Assembly (NCBI RefSeq): GCF_006345805.1
Contig: NC_043001.1
Coordinates: 44,764,001 to 44,828,000 of the forward strand
Reading direction: 5' to 3'
DNA length: 64,000 nt
Source of the DNA: Octopus sinensis
Lineage: Eukaryota
Shown: positions 12,829 through 23,760 of the stretch, piece by piece
Position numbering within the stretch: position 1 is the stretch's first letter
Layout of the letters: each line of letters opens with the position of its first letter
Made by a program: the position numbers and the translations under genes
The notes under the pieces: generated by a model
What the model saw: only the letters and a program-made list of their open reading frames with translations
Told to the model about the DNA's origin: nothing
Databases searched by the model: none

Positions 12829-13729
12829 GTAAGTGAAGTAAAAAGCTGCATCTGGGAATCCAGCCCAAGTTACACATTCAGTTTGGTAGGAGAGCTAACT
12901 ACCAACACTACCTTATCCAGAGGGCCCTCTCACAACAACCATGAGATAAATTATATTGATTTTATTACTTTTTTCAGATGCCTGCTAGTAACGTGAAACT
13001 TCTTGATGTAATTATTTATCTCACAGCTTGAAGAGTTGGGTGAATATAAAGTTGCTACAGTGGAGAAGGTTTAATACTGCCATCTTTAAATCCCAGTGAC
13101 TTCCTTCTTATACCAAAATGTAAGTTAAATGAGTCAGCAAGTTGAAAGGCAACTCCAGCTGATTATATACAAGATTTTGTATAGATACACTGAAGTGGGC
13201 ATGAACTCTTGGATTTACAGTGAGTCTCATAAGTTGCTAGGCCATTATAAGAATAGCATTAATGAACTGATCTTCTTCATGTAGTGTATCTTTGTCTGAT
13301 ATATGTGATATATCTAGGCAGCAAATCAGCTAGACATATCCAATACTTGAGATATAAGCAGAGATCTTGTTGATCCAGATACTGCATGCTAACAAAATAT
13401 TCATCACTTTTACAGCCATTACTGAACTATTTTTGCATTGGTGGACAAGGTCTTTTAAAAGTTGAACATCAAAAATCAAAGACACAGTGGTGACAAGAAA
13501 AACTGGGAACCCTCATGATTGATAATTTTGAATTGACTTAGCCATCTGCACTTTCTTTGGAACTATAGGAGGCAGGCAGGACAAGTTAGAATATGTAATT
13601 ATGCCTTTCTCAAGAACCTAAGATAAATATGTCATTTATTTGAAAGCAACTTCTGATGAACATGCAGATTTACAGAATATTGTAGACAAAGAAACAAACA
13701 ATTAATATGTTTGTCATTGCCTTCTCCAG

Positions 13730-13825
13730 GTATGTATGAATATACCCAGTTGTTCTGAGAGGTTAGCTATTTTGGCAGAGGGATCCAGATTCAAGGGCCT
13801 CATTCAGAAATTCAATATGACAGCA
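13730..13825 (+). CDS. Candidate coding exon (VCMNIPSCSERLAILAEGSRFKGLIQKFNMTA), phase 0 to 0
   Basis: Strong acceptor tttgtcattgccttctccag, strong donor GCA|gtaagt, 96 nt open frame. Confidence 0.4.
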
Positions 13826-14035
13826 GTAAGTTTGTAGTACAATACTTTCTCCACTGAGCTACTTTGTAAATACATTACCCCATTCACAGTGAAAGAGAAC
13901 AACAATAAATAAACAAAAACATCCCATACAGATAAAATAAAGACCATGAATCCTTTCCTTAGTTAATCCATATCAAGGAAACAATAAAATTAAGAGAGGT
14001 TTATATATATATATATATATATACATATATATATA

Positions 14036-14418
14036 GGCGCAGGAGTGGCTGTGTGGTAAGTAGCTTGCTAACCAACCACATGGTTCTGGGTTCAGTCTCA
14101 CTGCGTGGCATCTTGGGCAAGTGTCTTCTGCTACAGCCCCGGGCCGACCAATGCCTTGTGAGTGGATTTGGTAGACGGAAACTGAAAGAAGCCCGTCGTA
14201 TATATGTATATGTGTGTTTGTGTGTCTGTGTTTGTCCCCCCCAAATCGCTTGACAACCGATGCTGGTGTGTTTACGTCCCCGTCACTTAGCGGTTCGGCA
14301 AAAGAGACCGATAGAATAAGTACTGGGCTTACAAAGAATAAGTCCCGGGGTCGATTTGCTCGATTAAAGGCGGTGCTCCAGCATGGCCGCAGTCAAATGA
14401 CTGAAACAAGTAAAAGAG
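14036..14418 (+). mobile_element. tRNA-derived SINE, family A (octopus OK/OR-like), full-length and young
   Basis: Head ggcgcaggagtggctgtgtggtaag..ggttcag, central cttgggcaagtgtctt, internal (TA/TG)n, tail gactgaaacaagtaaaaga; near-identical to 47879-48230. Confidence 0.9.
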
Positions 14419-15227
14419 ATACATACATATATATATATATACATACATACATACATACACACACATATATATATTTACACACACACACACATATAAAGTT
14501 ATGTGTGTATGCATGGTGTCTTCTCGTGGCCACTGTCCCAACAACTGAAAGCAGTAAAAGAATATTACATAAATCAAAAAAAAAAAAAAAAAGCAGTGTA
14601 ATAGTTTCTTACATTAAGCTTAAAAAGAAAAAAATATTTGGGGCGAGGGGACAGAGGAAATGGGATGTTGTGAAGCTTAACCCCTTACTCTACTGAAGTG
14701 AGGAGACTTCAAAATGTCAATCAAACCGGGATTGAAGGGTTACCTTAATGAGGACTTAAAGCTACTATGTAGCTTAATTAAAGTCCATTTAAAGGTAAAT
14801 GTTTTTGTTGTTACTTTTTTTTTTAAAACTAAATATGGTACAAATTTGTAAATGTCATTTATAGTGCTTTCTTTGAGTTTGACAGTTAATAAGGGGTGAG
14901 AGTACTTTTCTGAATAACACAAGTAAGACTGTTTGGGGAATTTATGTGTTAAATGAATCAAATCACAGAATGGTTTTATATAAAATTTCACTTCTACTTA
15001 AGTATGTATGTGTGGCGGTATCCATATAAATGTTTGTGAGCTGGTGCATGCATGTAGATGTTTAATTACCTATTCATAGGTATACATATTTGAAGGTCTT
15101 TATATTATTTATGTATGCATGTGGATAACTTTCGTTTAGCAAGACACAAAGAAATCTACCTGCTTTGTGCCTATTCGATATATGTCTATGTATTGTGTGA
15201 TGATGCATGCAGGCCTGTATGTAACAG

Positions 15228-15297
15228 GTTTCACTTTGCTACTCAAACAAATCTAGTTGCTCAATCCCTGTTCAAGAAATCATTTTTGCGCTTGAAA
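15228..15297 (+). CDS. Candidate coding exon (VSLCYSNKSSCSIPVQEIIFALE), phase 0 to 1
   Basis: Weak acceptor gtatgtaacag, donor AAA|gtgagg; two frames are open, so the reading is ambiguous. Confidence 0.25.
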
Positions 15298-15497
15298 GTG
15301 AGGAATAGACAAAGGAAATTTGAATAAATAATTTCTCTTTTTCTATTTCAGCTGATAATTTCAACTGAACACCAAGAAAACATAAATAAATAAATAAAAC
15401 TCTTTGATATTATATACATACACACACACGCAACTTCCATACCTACACTCACATAAATATGTACACACATACACACACTAAACACTTATTTTAACAG

Positions 15498-15544
15498 ATG
15501 TTGCTTTACAGGATTACAGAGATAGCAAACCAGATAATTCATGA
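15498..15544 (+). CDS. Candidate terminal coding exon (NVALQDYRDSKPDNS*)
   Basis: Acceptor cttattttaacag, TGA 15542-15544, AATAAA 15615-15620. Confidence 0.25.
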
Positions 15545-15769
15545 TACAAAACTTGTGACTACTCAAAATGTTCGAACTATAGTGTCAAAAGAAATGTTAA
15601 AAAGAATAGCGCATAATAAATAATAATTTATGTTGCTAACTAGTGTATATGGAATTAATGGATATTTTCATATTTAGATGTTTATTTTTTAAAATATGAA
15701 ATAACATTTAGTTTACATTCAATCTAACAGAACTTATAGGACACACATTACAGCTATTTAACCTATCAA

Positions 15770-16064
15770 AACATATATATATGTGTGGATACATATATAT
15801 ATGCACTCACAAACACACATGTACACACACTTATGCATATATTCATGTACATATATCTATATGCAAATATAAAATATATATGTATATACACAAACACGTG
15901 AATATATACACACATATATATGACTGTGCATATATACAATATACATAATACATAGATATATATGTGTGTGTGTGTGTATGTACATATCTACAAGATATAT
16001 ATATATATGCATTATACAATATATATGCATATATAAAACACATGCATATATACATGTATATTTC

Positions 16065-16106
<42 letters not shown>

Positions 16107-16325
16107 TCTCCATAAATACAATATATATATATACAGAATACTTATATATACAATATGTATGCACATATATACAATATACATGCATATATACAATACATAT
16201 ATGTCAATATATACAACACATGTGCATGTATATATACTATATGTATATACATGCATATATACTATATGTGCATATACACAACATATATATGTGCATATAC
16301 ACAATATATATATTTGTGCATATAT

Positions 16326-16374
<49 letters not shown>

Positions 16375-16469
16375 CATACATACATACATACATACAAATA
16401 TATATATAATTGCAGATATATTAAATATGTATATATACATACAATATAATTACAGATATATTAAATATG

Positions 16470-16517
<48 letters not shown>

Positions 16518-16534
16518 CATATATATTTATATAC

Positions 16535-16565
<31 letters not shown>

Positions 16566-17191
16566 CACTATATATTCATACATAGACATATATCAACTAC
16601 ATATTCATATACCTACATATCCACTACCTACATATACACATGCATATACACAATATATATATACATATACACAATATATATACATATACACTATATATAT
16701 ACACATATATACATTATATATATACATGTATACAATATACATACATATACACACTATACATATAACACATATACGCTATACATATACACATATAAACACA
16801 ATACATATTCATATATATGTTTATATATACCTATACATGCTATACATATATACACTATATATATATATACATATATACATATGTATATATACATATACAT
16901 ATGTACAATATGTATATATAAATATATACAATATGTATTTATACATAAATACAATATGTGTGTGTATATATATAATATATATATATACAATATGCCTATA
17001 TATATCCAATATGTATATATACAGCTATAAAATAGGAATATATGCATGTATACAATATGTATATATACATGAATACAATATGTATATATATATATATATA
17101 TAATATATATATATACATATACAATATGTATTTATATATGCAATATGTATATATATACATATACAATATGTATATATACATATACAATATG

Positions 17192-17248
<57 letters not shown>

Positions 17249-17374
17249 CATACATACACCGCAATATATGCATATACATATATATACACAATATATGCAA
17301 GATATATATATACACACACAATATATGCTTATATATATATACATACAAACAATATATGTATATACAATATATGC

Positions 17375-17413
<39 letters not shown>

Positions 17414-17850
17414 TATACATATACATATAATATATTTAATATGTATATATATATATATACATATAATATATTTAATATGTATATATATATATACATATAT
17501 TTAATATATATGTATATAGAATATATGCATACATATAATATATGCATATATATAATATATGCATACATATATATAATACATGCATATATATAATATATGC
17601 ATACATATATATAATACATGCATATATAATATATATACAATACAAGCTTATGATGACATATATAATATATATATATATATATTTATATACAATGTGTATA
17701 TATATATATACATATATACAATATATGTGTATATATATAGAATATATGCATACAATATATATACATATATATATATACACACACAAATATATACACATAT
17801 ATATACATGTGTATACTATATACATACATGCACACACACACGCATATACA
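15770..17850. repeat. ~2-kb compound (TA)n/(CA)n microsatellite
   Basis: Directly visible; source of all Tyr/Ile-rich ORFs here. Confidence 0.97.
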
Positions 17851-18331
17851 AGCACAAAAAGCGGAGGTCTTGACATCATTCCAATGGAGTTACGTCCCTT
17901 ACACCGTTTTACATCGCTCAAAGAGACATGGTAAAAAAATAACAGGATCATTCCTTTCTGACAGTTTTTCCCTTTTTCTTTACAAACATTCTGAGTCCAT
18001 TTCAGCTAGGCTGAAAACAGAGTTAGAGAGTGAACTTGAGGTCCCTAAAAGGAACGGACCGTGGAAACAAAGGAATAGTCACAGTATAATGCATGAAATA
18101 AACATAGTTCAAGCAAGTAGTTCCAACACAGTTCTTACACAATGAAGAATTTGCAAACGTGATTTTTTTTTTGTTTGTTTTTTTAGGGAGTGGGGTTTGT
18201 AAATTTTGTCTCATATCATGATTTTCCTTTTCTTGATTTATATTCTCGTGTTTTTATAAAGCAAAGTTTGTTTAAATTTCCGATGACAAAGCTTTAGTAT
18301 AAACCACTGATAAGTGTGTATGTGTGTGTGT

Positions 18332-18372
<41 letters not shown>

Positions 18373-18758
18373 TGTGTGTGTGTGTGGCAGATAAGTACGT
18401 GTTTGTGAAACTTCATTATCATAACTGATGGTGTTTGTGAGTTCAAAAGATACGAAGATTAGTGTTAGGAGGAACAAAAAAAGGATATTCCAATTTATGA
18501 AGTACCATTTTGTAAACAGTATCAATTATACAGAGAGGGAACACCCTCCAGACTACCTTGTTAATAAAGAAAATAATCAGTGTGATTTGATGAGTCAATA
18601 TGTTTTTATATTTTGTTTTTCCTTTCTTTCTTCTTTCCTTTACCCAAGCCACTTCCGAATTGGTACCACATATATCTAAGCTTCAATTATTACACACATA
18701 ATGTGATTGACACCTGGTCTAAATTTACAAAAAAAAAAAAAAACTAAACCTAGATGTT

Positions 18759-20753
18759 TTAACCAAGGTTAAGTGGTGCTGGAGTTAAGAGTTCTGTATC
18801 TAAATTGGTATCTAGTGGTTTTTCAGTCGGAGTTAATTCCATCACAGCCATCAACTTCTCCTTGGAATATGGTTTCTCAGTTTTCGTTTTACTGCAATCT
18901 TTCTCAATTGAATCAAGTGCAGCTTCAATATCTTCTCGGCTACCTTCTCCACCTCCTGACGTTGGTTCAGTATTAGACGAACTGCCCATGCTGGAAGCTA
19001 ACCCTCCAAAGGGGCTTGCCATCATGTCGGACATTGTCATGAGAGCAGAACTGAACTCAGTACCACCCAGTGAAGGAGATGGTGACAAAAGAGACAAAGA
19101 AGTTGGAAACAGCAGTCCGCTGTTATTGTGGCTCACAACACTCTCAGTGGTTGTTGGCTCAGTATTGGTCGTCGTCTTACTGAGTGGATTCACTGGCTGG
19201 TCTGTCATTGAATGAGCTTTTACATGTGTCCAGAGCTGACTAGAACGGAGAAATTCTTTGCCACAGAAATTGCACTTAAACATCCTAGTTGTATTTGCTG
19301 GTGTGCAGCTGCCAGCAACAATAGTGTGGCTACTGCATCCATTTCTATCAGAAGCATTGCATTTGTTTGCCAGAGGCCCAATTACATCAACATTGATGTC
19401 AACTACAGCCCCATGCTGTTGCCTTAAGTGAGTGGTCAAGCTATAGGACTGGGAAAAACATTTTTTGCGATCCTCAGGACAGTAAGGACATTGGTACGGC
19501 CTCTCACCAGAATGAACTCTCATATGTTTCGTCAAGTTCCCGGATTGTGCAAATGTTTTCTTGCACACTGAACATGTGTATGGTCTTTCTCCAGTGTGAA
19601 CTTTTATATGTTCTTTTAAATGACTGGCCTGGGCAAATGTTTTCTTGCAATGAGTACACTCGTAATGTTTCTCTCGAGTGTGAACAGTCATGTGAGTGGA
19701 GAGATAGTTAGCACGCGAGAAAGTTTTCAAACAATATTGACATTCAAATGGCTTTTCTCCAGTATGTATACGAAGATGAACAACTAGTGAGTTTGACTGA
19801 GAGAAGGACTTTTGGCAGAAGTCACATTCATACGGACGTTCCCCAGTGTGAATTCTCAAGTGCTTCGTCAAGTTGCCTGATAATGAGAAGGACTTTTGGC
19901 AGAAATCACAAGTGTAAGGTTTCTCTCCAGTATGAATCTTCAAGTGACCATTCAAATGCCCGCTTTGAGAAAATCTTTTTTGACAGAACTTGCATTCAAA
20001 TGGCTTCTCTTCAGTGTGGACTCGCAGATGTGTTATTAAGTAACTCGTTCGTGAGAACAGTTTGAGACAGTAAGGGCATTCGTACGGCTTCTCTTCGGTG
20101 TGAATTCGTAGATGAGATGAAAGCGTGCCTGACTGGGAAAACGATTTTTGACAGTAACTACATACAAATGGCCTCTCTCCTGTATGAGTTCTCAAGTGAA
20201 TTGTTAAGTGACCACTTTGTGAAAATGTCTTGGGACAAAACTTACACTGGTATGGCTTAACACCAGTGTGTGTTCGAAGGTGTTCATTGAAATGACCAGA
20301 ATGAGAGAAATGCTTCAAACAGAATTTACACTCAAACATTCCAGAACCATTGCCACTACTACTTCTGTTGTGGTTGTTGCTGTTGTTGCTACTGTTGTTG
20401 TTGTTGTCATCATTATCTTTAATGTTACTTTGGTCATTTTCACCACAACTGTTGGTAGTGGCTTCATTTAAAATAGTAGACTGTTCTACTTTCCCGTTGT
20501 TGTTGTTAATATTATCACTGTTGTTGTTGTTGTTATTGTTGTTGTTGCTGCTGCTGCTGATATTATCATTATTATTAGGGTTGTTAAATTCTTGGTTTTC
20601 AAAAAGAAAAGACTCAATGCCAGGAGATTTGGGGACATTTGCAAGAGTATTTCCATCTGCCTGGAACGGCATTGCTGCTGAGAGAACTGGCAGTTTTTCT
20701 ATCGAATGAGATAGTATCGATGGCAAAACTGGCAATTTTTCAACGGAATGCAT
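18759..20753 (-). CDS. C2H2 zinc-finger protein, 664 aa, single coding exon, 12 fingers, Asn/Ser-rich N-terminus
   Basis: Eleven tandem C-x2-C-x3-F-x5-L-x2-H-x3-H fingers with TGEKP-type linkers (finger 11 carries an insertion) plus an isolated twelfth finger; in-frame TGA at 20760-20762 upstream of the ATG. Confidence 0.96.
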   Translation of the reverse strand: MHSVEKLPVLPSILSHSIEKLPVLSAAMPFQADGNTLANVPKSPGIESFLFENQEFNNPNNNDNISSSSNNNNNNNNNSDNINNNNGKVEQSTILNEATTNSCGENDQSNIKDNDDNNNNSSNNSNNHNRSSSGNGSGMFECKFCLKHFSHSGHFNEHLRTHTGVKPYQCKFCPKTFSQSGHLTIHLRTHTGERPFVCSYCQKSFSQSGTLSSHLRIHTEEKPYECPYCLKLFSRTSYLITHLRVHTEEKPFECKFCQKRFSQSGHLNGHLKIHTGEKPYTCDFCQKSFSLSGNLTKHLRIHTGERPYECDFCQKSFSQSNSLVVHLRIHTGEKPFECQYCLKTFSRANYLSTHMTVHTREKHYECTHCKKTFAQASHLKEHIKVHTGERPYTCSVCKKTFAQSGNLTKHMRVHSGERPYQCPYCPEDRKKCFSQSYSLTTHLRQQHGAVVDINVDVIGPLANKCNASDRNGCSSHTIVAGSCTPANTTRMFKCNFCGKEFLRSSQLWTHVKAHSMTDQPVNPLSKTTTNTEPTTTESVVSHNNSGLLFPTSLSLLSPSPSLGGTEFSSALMTMSDMMASPFGGLASSMGSSSNTEPTSGGGEGSREDIEAALDSIEKDCSKTKTEKPYSKEKLMAVMELTPTEKPLDTNLDTELLTPAPLNLG
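19413..20330 (-). other. Tandem array of C2H2 fingers 1-11 (finger 12 at 19212-19274)
   Basis: Translation of ORF 18759-20753; first Cys is residue 142. Confidence 0.95.
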
Positions 20754-22300
20754 CCTTTCTCACCAGATATTCAAAGACCACTTCTTTCAATGTTCAAGGT
20801 TCTCAGTAGCAAGTGACTGCTCTTAACTGGCAACTCCGCATTCAGGAGGGTCCTTGCTTTCATGATATTTAGACATTTCATCAATTTTAACATTTCAATT
20901 TGGAGGTTAAATAAAACCCCTGAATTTGACATAAATAACATGGAGATTAGTTAACTTTGTTCCTGTTCGTTTCTAATACATCATGTGGGAATAGGAGTAA
21001 AGGGAGAAAGGAAAAAATATGATCAAGTTCAGTTAAACTTTCAATGTTTTGGAAAAGTTATGGGTCCCTTAAGAAAGTAATTAATACTTAGCTTTCAATT
21101 TGTCTAGCATTGAAAGAGTAAGAAAGGTATCTATCCTTGTACGTATGATGCTTAACCACACAAGTTATGCTCAAAATTATATACATATATGTAAAATACC
21201 ACACACAATCAGTACAAGATTATCACAGATTGTTTTGATATATATATCAAAAGTAACACTTTCACATTCTAATCATAAAAAGGAATTATTTTTTAAAAAT
21301 AAAGAGCTAAAAGGCGAAGGGAGAAAACTGAGAAAAATATTAAGTGCCGTCTTTTCTTGTGAAATGTTAGTTGAGGGGACAAGATAGGGGTATCCTACAA
21401 AACCAGAAAATAAATCAATGGAATTTTTTTTTTACATCAAACACACAGACAGTTACACCAAAATTTAAAACCCCAGAAATCCACAGACAAAAATAATATA
21501 TAGATCAAACCCCAAGTAATGTGTGTGTGTGTGTGCTTGTGTTTTAAATTATCATTATTATTATATTTATTATTGAATTAAATTTGGCTTCTCAGTGATG
21601 ACAAAATTAAAGTACTATAAGTGAACAGTGTGGAATTAGGGCTGCTTATTTGAAACTTATAGAGATGGTAGTTTGGAAAATAGGAACAAGCGGGTGTGAT
21701 CTTGGGCTGTTGTAGAATCAAGAGAGCAGAAACTGCAAGAGCAATCAAAGAATAGTTCTGAAGAATGATGGTGATAAAGTTTGTGTATGTAAATATATAT
21801 ATGTGTGTGTGCATGTATTCAAGGAATACTTCTCAAAATTTGTTTAAGTTTGTGTGTGTCATATATATATACAAATATCTATATATTTGTGCATGAGTAT
21901 ATATTTATTCAAAGTTGGTACTATGATGGAAGCACATTACAACAGTGCAGCTGGATGTCAGGTTTTGCAGACGAAAAAAGAGAGAGAACATGTAGCCCCC
22001 AACTAAAATTTGCAACAGATGAACATTTCAGCTAGATGGCCAAGCAAAAGTGTGTGTTTTTGTCGGTGAGTATTTTTATATATATATATGTGTATGTATG
22101 TATCTTCTTCTAAGTTTTAAATTTGTGACATCAGCAAAGAAACACACAAATATTTGGCTTTTTTTTTTGAATAGTTTATGTATTTTTTTAAAATTCCTTG
22201 AGCCGCATTGGTGAGAGTTATTTTGTTTATTCTTTTTTTTTGTGTTTGTTGTTTTCCACTTTTGTTTTATAAATCAACCAATCAAACAGCAGCCACTGAC

Positions 22301-22330
22301 CTGACCGACCAACCAGGAAGGAATTCCAAC
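22301..22330 (-). other. Candidate 30-nt 5' UTR exon of the ZNF gene
   Basis: Minus-strand acceptor catcttgttttag and donor CAG|gtcagt, 1.3 kb upstream of the probable ZNF acceptor at 20973. Confidence 0.45.
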
Positions 22331-22685
22331 CTAAAACAAGATGAACATTAAAGAATTTCTACGTGGAAAAGAACATTAATGTAAAGTAAATTTGCTATAT
22401 AAATATATACATATATTTATATATAGCTTTAAAAAAAAAAATTAACCTTTAGCGTGCTGCTAGCAACTGTGGTTGCTGCATTTGAAATATACATACTACA
22501 TTATAATATATATTACTGTATTTAGAATTTTATACTATAAACATGTTTGTGCCCCTTCTGTTGTGGCTTAGACACTTATTATTTTTCATTTTCAAGTGAT
22601 TAAATTGAAGTTTTAAATAAGGCTGCAGAATAGCTGTGAATGTAGCGGAGTGTTATCTATAAAATCTATAAATATTACATAAATT

Positions 22686-22722
<37 letters not shown>

Positions 22723-22899
22723 ACTTTATTAAATCAGCACGCTAAAAATTAAATAAATAATGTTACTTTTTGTTTTATTAATGTTTTGTTAATATTCTGT
22801 TTTTTTTTTTAATTAATTTATTTATTTTACACCGAATTAGAAAGAGTGATAATAAAGAGAATAAATAAATAAATAATAATGATAATAATTTATTACATT

Positions 22900-23760
22900 G
22901 GCATAAGTGCACAAATTTGTGTGTATAGCTGATTGAATCAAACCCCAACATATAACTGATATCTATTTTATCAACCCAGCTCCCAAGAGGAATGAAAAGT
23001 AAAAGTTGTCTCCAACTGGATTTGAAACCAAGATGTAAAGGAACATAACAAAATACTGCAAAGTATTTTGCCCTCCATTATACTGATTCTGCCTTGTTAT
23101 CAACTTTCTAATGATAATGATGATGATGATGATTTGCAGTCCTAGTCATATATACAAACTCAGGAAGGGGATGATTTATGCAGCCACCTATAGTTACTAA
23201 CTAGTTTGTTTTTTTTCTTGATCCTAGAGAGGGTGGTGATTGAAGAGTAACATCAACCCCGGGAAGATTTGAACTCAGATATAATAAAATATAAATACTT
23301 GAAATTATTTAGTTCAGTGTTCCACCAGTTGTATCAGTCCACAGATCCACTGATATAATAATGATAATAATAATAATAATAATAATCCTTTCTATTATAG
23401 GCACAAGGCCTGAAATTTGGGGAAGGGGGCTTGTCAATTACACTGACCCAAGTGCTCAACTGGTACTTATTTTATCAAGCCCAAAAGGATGAAAGGCAAA
23501 GCCTTAGTCAGCCTCAGCGGAATTTGAACATAAAGATGGATGAAATACTGCTAAGTATTTTGTCTAGCATGCTAACGATTCAGCCAGCTTGCCGCCTTAA
23601 TAATGGTTTCAAATTTTGGCACAGAGCCAGCAAGCTCAGGAGAGGTATTAAGTCAGTTAATTACATTGAACCCAGTGCTCAACTGGTACTTATTTTATCA
23701 ATCTCAAAAGTAAGAAAAGCAATTTTGCCCAGCATGCTAAAGGTTCTGTCAGTTCAATAA
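22900..23760 (-). mobile_element. Cluster of 3-4 decayed family B SINEs separated by (AAT)/(GAT) tails
   Basis: Repeated ggcacaaggcc..aaattt..gtgctcaactggtacttattttatc..ggatgaaaggcaaag..gaatttgaac..gctaacgattc.gccagc. Confidence 0.8.

Noticed and set aside
12679-13600. Strong minus-strand donor at 12678 and possible decayed RT-like text
   Set aside because: All three frames close quickly, no acceptor was found, and no RT motif could be read with confidence.
14036-14110. tRNA-like sequence with A/B boxes, repeated many times in the window
   Set aside because: These are SINE heads: no complete cloverleaf, and each continues into a SINE body.
14214-14696. 160-aa ORF
   Set aside because: Runs through a SINE, a microsatellite and poly-A.
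15352-15400. Strong acceptor ttctatttcag after candidate exon 15228-15297
   Set aside because: It would need a 54-nt intron and gives an almost immediate stop; possible, but not preferred.
15843-17951. Many long Tyr/Ile/His-rich ORFs (also 35831-36546, 38851-40285, 46528-49591)
   Set aside because: They are translations of (TA)n/(CA)n microsatellites, which lack stops in some frames.
18773-20709. Plus-strand and alternate-frame ORFs overlapping the ZNF gene
   Set aside because: Antisense shadows of the real CDS with no independent signals.
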